A stretch of 64,000 bases of DNA, taken from assembly GCA_013239625.1 (NCBI GenBank), contig MU053881.1:3598001-3662000 (forward strand), written 5' to 3'. Each line of letters begins with the position of its first letter. The stretch's first letter is position 1. The notes under the pieces were generated by a model. The model was given only the letters and a program-made list of their open reading frames with translations, had not been told where the DNA came from and ran no database searches. This DNA is from Lama guanicoe (Eukaryota). A program made the translations under genes and the position numbers. Of the stretch, positions 50,021 to 62,245 are shown in pieces.

Positions 50021-50130
50021 TTCTTTCTCACTCTCTCCTCCCACTTCCTCTGTCTTCCTTCTTTCCTTCCTTTTATTTCTTTTTATTTTATTTTTAATTT
50101 TTTTTCCTTTCATTTCTTTCTTTCCTGTTT
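49725..50130 (+). repeat. About 400-bp (TTTC)n-rich polypyrimidine microsatellite
   Basis: Direct reading of the sequence. Confidence 0.95.
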
Positions 50131-50775
50131 CCAGTGAAACTCTGTGGGTTCTAAAGACTTCCCATCAAAGATCCATCTAGAGCAGGGAGTCTCTAGATTT
50201 CCTCCCTTCCTTCCTTCCTTTATTCCTTTTTTCCTCTTTTCTTTCTTATTCCATTATGTTAGCGGTGGAATAATGTCTCGAAAATAGAAGCATCCATAGG
50301 TCCCAGTACTCAGGGCCCACCCGGCGGGGAGGGCAGAAGGGCTATTTAACTCCAGCTGAGGCCTCAAATTTCGACTTTGGACATTATCACCCCGGGGGTT
50401 TACATGTAGAGCCTTGGCAAAAATGTGTGTATTAAAAACACCAATCTGTTGCAAAACAACATCAGTCTGTTACATGTAAACCATGAAAATACACCAAACT
50501 TTGGTACGATGTTCCACATTTAGAATGCGTGCAGACACGTGCGAGCATTTAATCCGCAGCGCAGGACAGCCATGGGGGTGATACCGGTGAGTTTGCTCCA
50601 TTCATTCCCACGGGCAGATCCGGGTGCTGGGTCCGTGCTCCATCAGATCTCGCAGATGGCCTCGTAGGCTGTGTCATTCCTGCAGGAGAATCCAGGGGCA
50701 AATCCGTCATTCTTTCTCAGAGGGCTCTCTGTTCCCTCGATGAGGCTGTTCACGTGGTACCTAATTTAGCGCTAG

Positions 50776-50794
50776 CAGTGCCCCCTAGTGGCCA
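50776..50794 (-). promoter_or_regulatory. CTCF core motif (near-perfect)
   Basis: Minus strand reads TGGCCACTAGGGGGCACTG. Confidence 0.7.
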
Positions 50795-53649
50795 GTATGG
50801 AGCATCACTCTGCATTTCTCTACACACGTTTGATCGGACTTGAAAACATCCTTCGTTCCTTCCTATTGCATCCCTGGCCCCTGGGGAGTCTCATGAAGTG
50901 GTGATGCCCTCTCACCACCTTGGTGGTTGACTATTCCTCCACCAAACCCGCATGGTCCCCTGTGGATGCTGTCAGCACTTTTCGCCAGCCATTCCCTGGA
51001 TGTGCCCTGTCGCTCCTGGCTTGTGTGACAGTCACAGCAGTACAGAGCCTCCCACATCCTCCAGGGGCACAAGGTCTCGCTATTAACCTTAAGAAAGAAG
51101 AGGGACAGTATCTGAGGGCCCATCAGGCACCACATGGTTGGATCATCACAGTATTAGGCTGCTGTCATCCACAAGCTGACAGAGGAAGCAATGAGGTCAC
51201 ACAATGAGGAAACAATGATCAAATAATTTAGCCTCACCTGCCTTCCTAGGTCTTTCTTCCCAGCCATTTCAGGATGATTTGCCAAGGGAAAGCGAAGTAA
51301 AACAATATAAACCTAGCCCGCTTGGGCACAGAGCACCAGTTCCAGGCACTTACACTCACTCGTTATATCCATGCCTCATGCCCACCTGTCTGGGCAGGTA
51401 TCGTCCATCCTTCATTTATGCCGTCCATCCATTCACTTATCAGCAGTTCTCCGTTTCACAGCTACAGAGTTCCAAGGATGGTGTTAGGTGCTCGGTCCTC
51501 TAAGAGAAACAAGCCCAGATAAAGACCTGGTTTCTGGTCTCAAGGTCCTCTCAGTGCACGGCGGGGGCCGGACACACCGGACACTCAGATATAAGTCCGA
51601 AGTGGAGGAGGGGTGGAGGTTCGCAACCCCCTGCAGCAGTCAGTAAGCTGCACACAGGGCAAGGAAGTAGGGCTTCTGGAGGCTTCTTTTTTGTTTGCCA
51701 AGCAGAATGCTACTTCTCTGGGGTCCTCACAATGCCCCTTTGGGTACTGTTATGATTCCCCCGTTTCATTGACAAGGAGTCTGAAGCCTGGGAAGGTAAA
51801 ATGACTTTGTCAGAAGTATTTGGCTTGTCTGTGGTGAAGCCAAATACAAATTTTAGTCTCATAAATTCAAGGCTGCAGAGTTATGCCCTTTGGGCTTGGA
51901 CCTCAACCAAGAAGGGTGGTAAAGGGAGGTGGTCATGGAAGCCTCGAGGTATATAGGCTTTGACCTTGATCTGAATGTATCTGCAGAGCTGCTGAAGGAT
52001 CTGGGGCGAGGACGGGCTCTTCGACTTAAGCATGTGGAGATAGATTGGAGAAGGCATCTGAAGAAAGGAAACCAACAGAAGCCCATTGCAATGCAATGAC
52101 AGTCCAGTTCAAAGAACAGGGGAGGGGACTGCTCTGGGGCACATGGAGTTGGAGAAGATGAGGCTGCCAGGGGTATGAGCCCAGAACGTAGAAAAGAGGT
52201 GGGGGGGGGTAAGAAAGATGGGGAGTTGTCAGAAAGTAGAGTCAGGCTAAGACTGCGGTGGGGTGACTCCAGGAGAATCCAGATGAGATCTGGGGGAAGG
52301 AGCGAACAAATTGGCAGAAAGCAGGCAGCCGAGGCAAACACCAAGGAGCCACTCGCCCGATGCACAGGGTCTTGCAAATCCAAGAGGAGCAAGCCTCCAG
52401 GAGAAGGGAGCAGGGAGCAAATGGCCCAGGGGGTCCGGACACGCAGGGGCGGAGTGTGCCCCTACTGCTCTCTGACCCCGACTTGAAGGCTGAGAGGAGG
52501 TCAGAATTCCGGGAAGCTGAGTTTGGTTCCCAGCAACTCACCCACCATGCATTTCCAAACCTCTCTCCATCTGGGACTCAGAAAATGATTTGCAGTCCTC
52601 AGATGGTTATAAGGGCACCGGGTTTGGCCAAGTCACATTATTTGACAGAAATGGGCCGTGAAATGCCTGCTAATTGCTACAAGATTGAACAGGGAGAGAG
52701 GAGCCTGAGAACGGGAGGTACCCTGTCCGCCTTTCATGTGGGGAGCGGGGAGCTGGGCGATAAGGAGGCCTAATGGGTCTGCTTCTCCGAGCACCAAATT
52801 ACCAGGATCATTTCATCCCGCTGAAAGAAGGATGGAGCTTTTAAAAATGAGCAATTATGACTTTTTTTTTCATTGTTGGTGAGAATGCTAAACCCCCATT
52901 ATCCCAGCTATTTTGGAAGGGTTTTTAAAAGGCATTCATGCTATTGTTGAAATCATCTGCCTGGGCTCCAGGGAGAGCTTCATTCACCGTAATAATCCTG
53001 GTTGATCCCTTCTCACCATCTCGGACAAGTCTTTGCAGCGTTCTTCCCATGCATTCCGTTCCTGCCCTGGACTTGGACAACGGAGCCACTGAATCAGTCA
53101 GAGGAAACTGTTTGCAACTAACCAGCAGTGCCTCGGCCGAGTCTGTGAAGGTGCTGGAAGTGTCTGTAATCATCCTATGTGCATCCTTCCGGGAAGCCTC
53201 CTCCTCCCGCCCCACCCCCCCCATGCTTGAATCACGTCTTTCCCCTGATGCAAATTCTTCAGATTTTGTCCTCATTGCCGGAGGGGTGGTCCTGGATGGA
53301 TTATACCGAAACGCAGAATACACCACTCTTGGACCAGAGGAATCAGTGAGGCAGCCAACTGTCCAGGGTCAGCCTAAGGATTTCGAAGCAGAGGCAGCAG
53401 CAGTCAGCACCTGGCTGTGATATTATGTGAAACCCAGACAGCGCAGGGTCCTTTAACTTTCTGAATGTTCTGTAGTATTGTTTAAGCAGAAATAAACTCT
53501 GGCTTCTTAAAAAAAAAAAAAAAAGCACTGTCAAGTCCGGTTGAAAGTCTATTTTCTCTGGAAACTGATGCCCTAACTCCTTGTCCAATTCCATTTTTTC
53601 CTCTTCCGCCATGCCTGTGTTGCATTCATCTGACACACACGCAAAATGA

Positions 53650-54300
53650 GCAAATTTCAGGTGTGGAGCAGTAAGATAGATGCTGGAGGAGACCAGGTAG
53701 GGGCGCTGGTCAAGGAGGCAGGATGTCCTGAGACGGTATGGGAGGCTTCGTTGAGTGAGGATGGAGGAATTTGGGATCCAGAAGACGCACTTCTATCTGC
53801 CCCGGGGGGTTTAGACAAGGAAAGCTGGAGGATCAGGGGCATGGTGTGATACCTAGACTGGGTGTTAGAGGAAGGAGACACATACTGGAGACAAAGTTAG
53901 GCGGCAGAATCTACAGGATGTGAAGCCCCAGGGGACTATGGTAGGCTGAGGATGGCGCTCAGGTGGTAAGCGTGGACCGTCAGCCGGAAGCCGTGCCACT
54001 GCTAACAGAGGAAGCCTGGGGAAGAAATGGATTTGATGGGCAGGTGGATGAGCTCCTCCGGGGACACACTGACCTCACGGAGCCTGCGGACAGCCGGGAG
54101 GAGGGTCCAGTGGGCAGCTGCACGTGGGAGTCTGGAGCACATCGTGGGGGCCCAGCTGGAAAGAGAAAGACATGGGAGTGGTCAGCTTAGCGATGGGTGC
54201 TGGAGCCCAGGTATGAACAAGACCGTGCAGGGAGGCAGCTCCGCACGAGCCCTGGGGAAGACCAGCAGCTGTGGGGCTGTGAGGGGGAAGATCAGACTCT
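53650..54300 (-). mobile_element. L2 fragment
   Basis: GATGCTGGAGGAGACCAGGTAGGGGCGCTGGTC..GCAGAATCTACAGGA..GGCAGCTGCACGTGGGAGTCTGGAGC, typical reverse L2. Confidence 0.5.
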
Positions 54301-54431
54301 AGCGGAAAAGCAAGCGCACTGGTGAGCCCCGAGCATCGAAGGTTCACACCTGTGCCTCCTCCAGTGGGACAGGCAGATAGCTGTGCCGAGCAGGTCCCTG
54401 TCAATCTCGTAAAACCATGGTGAGATTTGAG

Positions 54432-55150
54432 GGGGGAGTAACACTAACTCCCACGATGTTCCTTCTTCTCTCCTGTGTAATAAAGAACGTGGCGTCGCTT
54501 ATCACCTGTTCCTGGGAGGTGGCCTCTGAATCCTAGGAATTCCCCAAGTGATGGGACTGTCTTTCTCATCTGAGGCAGGGGTCCTCAGACCTCCCCGTGA
54601 ATTTGTGCTAATAAAGTGACTCGTGGTGGGCTCTGGATAGTTTATGCTACTGAGATGATTATTCAGGATGGGGCCGGCCACACCAGAGAGACCAGCCTTG
54701 CTATTAGAGGGCTGGGGCCTTGAGCCACATGTCAGCCTGCCTTCTGGGGAGGAGGGGGACGCTGGAGACTGAGGGGAGATTCCCCAGTTGGCAGTACTCT
54801 GAGTATTGCCACACACTGATGTTCAGGGAGGGTAACGCATCCTGGATCCCCCGGGAGAGGACACGGAAGCTTCATGTTTGCCACCCCACCCCCAGACCTT
54901 GCTCTGTATGACTGTCCTTTTGGCCTGGTTCTGACTAATATCCTTTATAATAAAACTGTCATCACAAATATAGTGCTATTTTTGAGTTCTGTGAGACTTC
55001 CTAGTGATTTAGCAAGCCCCAGGGAGGAGGGGGACCCTCAAACGGGGAGCCAGCTGGCCAGAAATGCAGGTGGACTGGGGGCCCCACATTGGTGTCTGGC
55101 GCCTGAAGGGAGGGCAGCCTTGTGGAGGACTCTGCCTTTAACCTATGACA
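54432..55150 (+). mobile_element. MER21-type LTR
   Basis: GTTCCTGGGAGGTGGCCTCTGAATCCTAGGAATTCCCCAAGTGAT..GGGGCCGGCCACACCAGAGAGACC..ATCCTTTATAATAAAACTG..TGAGTTCTGTGAG. Confidence 0.75.
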
Positions 55151-55614
55151 TCTGGCCCCGCTCCAAGGAGAAGAAGAGGTCAGAAGTCACTCCATTCTCA
55201 TTCCCAAAAGTTATGGGGCTCCAAGGACAGGCATTAGCAGCGACACGTCCTCCCTGGGACTCGCAGCTCACATGAAGTTTCTCACTTCCTCCTGGATACA
55301 AACCTAGGAGGGAAGCGGTAAGTACCACCCACACGTTACACATGGGGAAAAGGGGCCCCCAAGTTATCCAGCCTCCCCGAGATCCTAGGAGGCAGGGGAG
55401 CTGAAATCAAACTCAGGCAAACAGGTCCCACGCCCCTCTACAAACTGGCCCCCAAAGACATACATCCACATTGGACCTGCGCAGTCTGGCAGTCGTGGAA
55501 ATGAGTCCATTTACCAGCTAACTTATTCAGCCACATTCACCCAATATCCACAGTGCGCCAAGTGCTGTGAGATCATCAGTGAATAAAACAATGATCTTGG
55601 GCTTGATGGAGCCA

Positions 55615-55666
55615 GTGTGTGCGTGTGTGCGCGCGTGCGTGCATGGCGTGCGTGTGTGTGTGTGCG
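55615..55666 (+). repeat. Alternating purine-pyrimidine (TG/CG)n tract
   Basis: GTGTGTGCGTGTGTGCGCGCGTGCGTGCATGGCGTGCGTGTGTGTGTGTGCG. Confidence 0.85.
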
Positions 55667-56320
55667 GCTTACACTCTGCATGAGCTGGGGAGTTCCTGCG
55701 TAGTTTGGAGCAGAGGAGGGTGACACAATCTAACTTATAGTGTAAGAGGATCGCCCTGGCCGCTGTGCTGAGAACGGTCTTGAGGAATCAAGGGCAGACT
55801 CAAGGAGACGTGTCAGGAAACCAATAAAGTCATCCAGGTAAGAGACAACGGTGGCGTGGACAAGAGTGAAGACAGTGGAAGCCGTCAGATTCTGGGAAAA
55901 TGTCCAGCAAGGTTAGCTGGTCGACTGGACTGGGATGTGACTGGGAGGGACCAGAAGGTGAACAGAGGGATGGCTGAGAGGCCGTGGAGGCTCCGAGGAC
56001 CATCCGTGTGGCTGACTCAGCCAGAGAAGCTATCCCGGGCACGGCTGGGTCTTGAATGATGAGTAGAAAAGCTCAGGACGGGGGAAGGGCAAGAGCAGCG
56101 CCCCCCGGACAGAAGGAAGGGCTCCTGGGAGTCCGCAGAGGGGTTCACAGCCAAGGCCAAGGAGGAATCGCTGCTGTTTCCTTCCGTCTTCCCATCGCGT
56201 CCCACATTTGGCTCATTCTAATCCCCCAGAATTAGACATTCAGTCTGAACATCACCTCTTCAGAGAGGATGTCCCTTGTTCACCTTACCTTAATTCTACC
56301 CTCTGTTTTTCTCCCCTTTC

Positions 56321-56396
56321 TCCTGGGTTTGATCCCAAGTACCTCCATTAAAATAAATAAATAAATAAACCTAATTACCTATCCCCCCTAAAAAAA
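56321..56396 (+). mobile_element. 5'-truncated tRNA-derived SINE (Vic-1-like)
   Basis: TCCTGGGTTTGATCCCAAGTACCTCCATTAAAATAAATAAATAAATAAACCTAATTACC. Confidence 0.85.
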
Positions 56397-57559
56397 CCCC
56401 ACAATTTGCCAGTAGATACACTTTCATTTACTTGAGAGTGTAGACCTTGGTGTGGAGTTAATTGGGCAAAATTCCAAGTCCCTCCCCAACCGGATATGTC
56501 ACTCTGGTGATGTCGGTGTGCTACCCTAGGCTTAATATTCCCATCTGTAAATTAGGGTAAAAATGGCACCTACTTTACTGAGTTGAGATGAGATCCCAAT
56601 GAGACAGGCCATGGAGGCACGTGGGGCAGCCCCAAGAATGACACATAATTGCTCGACAAATGTCAGCCATCGCATTGCTCTTCAGAAAGCCTCCACGAGT
56701 AGACTTTTTAAACTCCCTGAAAGCAAGTCCCTTGTTTCATTTGCAGGCACTTAGTCGTTGTTGACTGAATCCATTTATGCACAAAACTGGGCTGACTCAA
56801 GCCAGTTCCAAAGAACTGGCTTACGGTTGAAGTAAATAGGCTGTCCTTTCCCCTTCTCGAATTGTTATCTATTTAGACTTGTGGTCTACTGTTTTAGCAG
56901 GCATCCTAGCTCTCTTGGAAAAGGTGGGAGTTCCGCATTCGATCATGAATCAACGATGTGCCATTTGACACTGGCGAGCATTTCCGTGAAGCCTTGAGCC
57001 CCTCACTCCTCATTGCAGTTTGAGCATCATTATCCCTGACACTCTTTAATAGTCAAACAACAACTGTGAAAAGTGTTGCCAAGCTCGTTGTGAAGAAATG
57101 GTCGCTGGAATCGGTGATTCACTGGTTCTGATTTGGAGTCTTGATCAGATTAGCTTTCCTCCAGAAACAACAGTGCATACTTAGTCATTTGGACTCGATA
57201 CATGGCATTTGCAAAATATAAAGGATCAGCTGGTAGAATTGTCTTGTCTGACAGCGAAACAAAGGTGAAGACAGGGGAAGCAATTTGTCCAAGGTCATAC
57301 CACGAGTGAGGGCAGAGCCAGGACCCTCCCCAGGCTCAGAGACCCAGAGTAAAATGGAACAAGGTCAGATGACCCAAGAGAAGAAAAGATTTGCCTCTGC
57401 TTCTCCCTGCCAAGAAGGAGGGAGTAGGTCCCCCCATGCCCATATTTTTCCATTAATTTTAAACTCCACAGGTAGCACATGAATATTGCTTTCCTCAAAA
57501 TAATTTTAAATCACAGATCAAGCTGATGTCCCCTTTGACCACCACGCTTAAACCCTCTC

Positions 57560-58310
57560 CCACTCTGAGTTCCCCCAAAGGCATCTGCTGTCATCAATCT
57601 GACTTGCCTCCTTCCAGTAACTCCTCTGTATCATTACAAACAGATGTGGGAGTATCCACAGAAATAAATTAGCATTGTGTAGTGTGACGTTTTTATGTAA
57701 ATAGCACTGTGCTCCCTGCATTGTTCTGCAAGTTGGTTTTTCCACCTCCATGGTCTGGCTTTGACGTCTTTCTGTGTGAGGGCAGGCAGACCTACCTCAT
57801 TCCTCTGTAACTGGCACATTGTAGTCAGTAACGTGTCTACTCATTGTAAGTATCCCCTTCCCCTATTGGAATGCCTATCTGAACCTCCTTGAGATTTAGG
57901 TCATTCTAAATTCCTTCTATGACAAGCAATGCCGCCGTGAAAGTCCTCATGCCTTCCTCTTGGTGCACACGTGGGAGGACTTCTCTAAGGAAGGTACCAC
58001 AGAGGGAATCGCTGGTCACAGTGTGTGCACGTTTTTCACTTTACTGGATGCTATCAAATTGTTCTCAGGAAGAGCTAACGATGCCCTCCCACCCACCGTT
58101 TCCAGAAGTACCCATTTCTCCACAGTCTCACCGACACCCCATAGCGTCAAAGTCCCATTTGATGGGAACAGTTGCTTCTCTGATTCACACTTTCCCAACT
58201 GTGCTGAGCTTGGGCGTCCTGTTACGACCCTCGTATGTATCTCCTTATCTGTGAATTGCTTGTTAATATCCTTTGCACATTCTTCTGTTGGGCGATTTGA
58301 CTTTTCTCCC
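57560..58310 (-). mobile_element. Ancient L1ME-type fragment
   Basis: GACAAGCAATGCCGCCGTGAAAGTCCTCATG..TTATCTGTGAATTGCTTGTTAATATCCTTTGCACATTCTTCTGTTGGG; minus frame AKDINKQFT matches L1 ORF2 C-terminus. Confidence 0.65.
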
Positions 58311-58626
58311 AACCCTACTTAAAAAGAAATCAAAGCACTTAAGCCTTGATGAAATTTGAAATGAATCACAGCTCAGAAATTCCAGGCTGCATGAAAGAAT
58401 GATTTGAAATGCTGTTTTTGATGGGTGGGGTGGTGACTGAATTGATGGGGATATGCAGATGACAGGCAGATGCAAAATGAAAGAGGCCTCGTGGAAACAG
58501 GGCGCAAGAAGTGGAGGGTGTGGAGGTTCTAAGTCAAACCTGCAAATCCCTTCACTGTAACCGCATGCTGGTGCTGAGACCACACAGAACAGGGGCACAC
58601 CCGGCTCATGTGTGCCCTTGTTCATG

Positions 58627-58825
58627 AAATCAATGAAAAATACTTCATTAATGATTTTTATATTGATTGCATGTTGAAATGATGATATATTGGATGTATT
58701 AGGTTAGATACAATATATTACTAAAATTAATTTTACCTTTCTTTTTTTTTACCTGTTTAATGTAGCTGCCAGAAATTTGAAATTACGTATGTGGTTCACA
58801 TATATGTCTGTTGGATGGCATTGGT
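58627..58825. mobile_element. MER33-type hAT-Charlie fragment
   Basis: TTTTATATTGATTGCATGTTGAAATGATGATATATTGGATG..TTTAATGTAGCTGCCAGAAATTTGAAATTACGTATGTGG. Confidence 0.7.
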
Positions 58826-59317
58826 CCAGGAGATGTGGATATTAAGTTTCCAGTCTCAGTACTTCAATAAAGGATGCTGTGTGTTCTTAAGTATGTCATT
58901 TTCGCTTCCGGTCTTAACTGACCTTACAGGGAGGGTGGGATGAGTATAGTGAGGAGTCCAGCTCATGCATTTCTTTATCTGGAAACTCAAACATTCATCG
59001 GGGTGATCCAGCCCAGGGCCTCACTCTGCCTCTCACGTCCCATAAAGGATGTCCATGGAGGGCTGAAACGGCACCTCACCCTGAGTTCACCAAACAGCAG
59101 TTTCTACTAGAACTAGAGACGGGATCTTTCCACCCAAGACATCCCCAGTTCCCAAGACAGTCATTCATGAGGCTTTATGTGCAAAGGGGCTGGAGGTGTC
59201 ACCTCTTCAATCACCGCAGCCTCTGGGTTCCCTCATAAAGGGTCTCACTATTAAGCCATTGTCACTCAGATAATTGAGTTTTATTTATCAAACACAATTG
59301 TTTTGGGCTCTACCAGT

Positions 59318-60300
59318 TTATCAGTTAGGATTCTTACAGGGAACAGGAGAAAAAAGAAACTCAAAATGACTTAAAGGGGGGAAAAAGGGAGAAGGGATAT
59401 TTTTTGGTTCTGGTATTATTTTCTGAGGCTGCCATAAGAAATCTACCCTCTCACAGCTCCAGAGGCCAAAACTGCAAAATCAAGGTGGCTAGGGTAAAAT
59501 CAGTTCCTCGCCCCTTCCAGCTTCTAGTAGCCCCAAGCAATCCTTGGTTTGTGGGGGCGTGACTCTAATCTCCACTCCACCTTTAAATGTTGTCCTTCTT
59601 TGCGTCTCTGTGTTCTTTTCTGCCTCTCCCAGGGACTGGATTTAGGCCCTATCCTAATCTGGTAGGGCCTCATCTCCACTCTTACTTCATTTACACCTGC
59701 AAAGACCCCATGTGTAAATCAGGCCACATTCTGAGGTTCCGGGTGGACACGCATTCTGGGGGGGGAGTCACAATTCAACCTACCACAGCTCCGTTTACAC
59801 AAAGTCCAGGGACAGATAGAGCAGGAGGCAAGACTCGCCTTCTCTGTGTCCCTGAGCTCAGTTGGCTCCTTTGCAGGCATGACTGCCACTCACAGGCTCC
59901 ACATAGTGGCGAGAAGGTGACGGCAGCCTTAGACTTAAATCCTCCCTGGTTCAAGCCCAATAGCAAAGAGGATTTTCTTGAAAGATGAGGCAAAAAAATC
60001 AGAGAGCGAGAGGTCTACCAAAACCCACTGGCGTGAGTTGGGATGGGATGTGCTGATTGGCTGTGCTCAGGCCTGAGATGGGATGGGATGTGCTGATTGG
60101 CTACGCTCAGGCCTGAGATGGGATGGGATGTGCTGATTGGCTGCGCTCAGGCCTGAGATGGGTTGGGATGTGCTGACTGGCCGCCTTCGGGCCTGCGCAT
60201 GAGCTTGCCTGGGGAGAGCCGTGGGATTGGGGGAACGCTGCTCCCGGACAGGAGTGATGACCAAAGGCAAGCCAAGTGGGAGGTACAGGCATATCTGCTG
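59318..60300 (-). mobile_element. Old MLT1 (K/L-like) LTR interrupted by a younger MLT1 (B/C-like) LTR at about 59412-59787
   Basis: TATCAGTTAGGATTC..AAACTCAAAATGACTTAA (outer); GAGGCTGCCATAAG..CTGCAAAGACCC..CACATTCTGAGGT..ACAATTCAACCTACCACA (inner). Confidence 0.6.
60034..60195 (+). repeat. 40-bp minisatellite, 4 units
   Basis: Unit TGAGATGGGATGGGATGTGCTGATTGGCTGCGCTCAGGCC starting at 60034, 60074, 60114 and 60154 (last unit diverged). Confidence 0.95.
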
Positions 60301-60489
60301 AGGAAGCGGACCCTCAGTATGCACCACCACCAGGCGGAGTCTCAGATCTCCCTTGGCCCTTTCTTTGCATCACATCGTATGAGCTTGTGCTAAGTACTAG
60401 GTCCTCGGCGAGGGGTGGAGATGTGAGAACAAGTGTGACGAGGGGCCCTGCCCCCGAGGAGTCCCTCAGTGCAGGCTTGTCACCCATGT

Positions 60490-61150
60490 CGGCATGATGC
60501 TTATTACTGCTATGGTTAAAGAAAGCAGGAGGTGCTGTGGGGACCAAGAGGAAGGGAAGACAGCTCCTGGGGAGGTCGCAGAAGGCTGCACTACCGCTGG
60601 CCCGTGGTAGTGGGCATAGTGAGCCGGAGCAGGGGGAAAGGAGCCCGGGCTACAGACAGGCAGTGCCACCGTGGCCCTTGGGCGTTGGAGAGGCCGTTCT
60701 GGAAGAGTCTGCAGGGAGAAAGTGGAGGTGGGGAGGCCAGGGAGGAGGCTGATGGAGAGGGACACAGCAAGGCTTTCCCTGAAACAGTGCGGTCGACGCG
60801 GGACAAGACAGTGGAGACGGGCAGGACGGGCTGGATTCGAGGACACTGTTGGAGCAGACATGGCACGGCTTTGCGCTTGATTAGGCACGGGAGCGGAGTG
60901 AGGGAGAGGAAGGAAGGAAGGAGGATGGGCACGGTTTTCAGATGGGGACACTGGGGTCGGAGCCAGGAAACGTGGTGGGGCAGAGCGGCTTTGGGGCCAA
61001 GATGGAAAGTTGGTTTTGAACAGGCTGAGTCCAAGGTGCCCAAGGGGCGTCCGGTAGGGATTTTCCAGGCAGATGGAAACCCCAGGAAACTGGGCTGTGG
61101 GTGGCAAGAATTGGAGGAGTCAGGGTGTTAGCTAGAGCCAGAGTGTGAGA
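60490..61150 (-). mobile_element. L2 fragment
   Basis: GAAAGTGGAGGTGGGGAGGCCAGGGAGGAGGCTG..GTTGGTTTTGAACAGGCTGAGTCCAAGGTGCC. Confidence 0.5.
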
Positions 61151-62094
61151 GAAAAGGGCAGAAGTGCAGGTAAGGCAAGCCCTGTGCTGTATCTGACTCT
61201 CAGAGCAAGACGCGGTGGCCACGAGCGAGATGCGTGGAGGGTGCGGTGTGTCCTGTGGCTGAGCCCCTTGGAAAGAGACCTGGGGACAAGCAGGTCCTCA
61301 GACCTGAGGCCTGGGAGACCAGCCAGGGATACGTCACTCACTCATCCCACACAGTGGGCCTGGTGGCAGAGAGACGCAGACCTTAAACCTTCCTTTTTCC
61401 TTCCCGCCACCCCCCCCCTCGCCGTCCCGACCTCTTTTCAATCAGATAAAGAAAGCAGAGACCCCATCACACCTTCACCGGCGCCAAGAGACAAGGCATC
61501 CCGCATGGGGCTGCCCTGCGCTGAGCTGGTCACAGGCAGAGGGGGAGGGAGAAGCCTGGCTGCTCGCGGTTCCGGCTCCGCGGTGCTGAGATGCAGACGC
61601 GTGAAAACAGGTGGGGGCCTCGGCTCCCGTGCCTGGCGGCTTCCTCCTGTCTGCCCGCGCCCCCTGCCGCGGCGGCACCCTCTGCGTTTACTTAGCTGGA
61701 CTGCCGCCCTTTCACCCAGGCTGCGAAAGGTCTGGAAGAGGGTGAAGCAAACTGTGCTCCCCTCCATCTCCGGGCTGTGCTCCTGAGGGGCCCCGTCATG
61801 TCTCCTTCTCCCCACACCAGGGACCCTCAGCGGGACCCTCACCCACTCCTGCCGCTCTGCCACCTCCTACTGCTGCCCCCTACACCCCACCCCCGGGGCC
61901 GAGGCCAACCTGACCCTACCCTGCAGGGGACTACCAGTCCCACTCTCCTCCCCAACTGGAGTTTGGACCCAAATATACTTTATTTTTCCTAATTAAAGAT
62001 TTTTTTCTTCCAATACAGAATATGGAAAAATATAGAATAAGACAAGGAAACTTTATTATTCATTTAAAACCACCCCTCAGAAATGACTGATGAT

Positions 62095-62245
62095 GGGGAA
62101 TGGTATAGCTCAGTGACAGAGCACATGCTTAGCATGCATGAGGTCCTGGGTTCAATCCCCAGTGCCTCCATTAAGAAGAAAGAAAGAAATAAACCGAATC
62201 CCTCCCACACCCCCCAAAGAAAAACAAAACAAAACAAAACAAAAC
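62095..62245 (+). mobile_element. Full-length tRNA-Ala-derived SINE (Vic-1-like) with TSD
   Basis: A box TAGCTCAGTG, B box GGGTTCAATCCCC, (CAAAA)n tail; exact 11-bp TSD AAATGACTGAT at 62081-62091 and 62246-62256. Confidence 0.92.

Noticed and set aside
49666..50180. Long F/L/S-rich ORFs and K/E/R-rich antisense ORFs (also 29277-29645)
   Set aside because: They are translations of (TTTC)n microsatellites, not membrane proteins.
52925..53636. ORFs of 97-160 aa, including MAEEEKMELDKELG.. with a plausible start context
   Set aside because: No protein family recognised, the frame runs through a poly(T) tract, and ORFs overlap on both strands with no exon structure. A tblastn or PhyloCSF check would settle it.
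60034..60195. CRISPR-like array
   Set aside because: Units are contiguous with no unique spacers, there are no cas genes and the context is mammalian; it is a minisatellite.
60466..61863. ORFs of about 200 aa in GC-rich sequence (also 21293-21922)
   Set aside because: They overlap on both strands, are P/R/G/S-biased, partly lie in L2 repeats and show no recognisable domain, as expected in GC-rich DNA.
62095..62170. Possible tRNA-Ala(AGC) genes (also at 20526, 29531, 34850)
   Set aside because: Stem-breaking substitutions, a shared A-rich SINE tail and TSDs show they are SINE copies.
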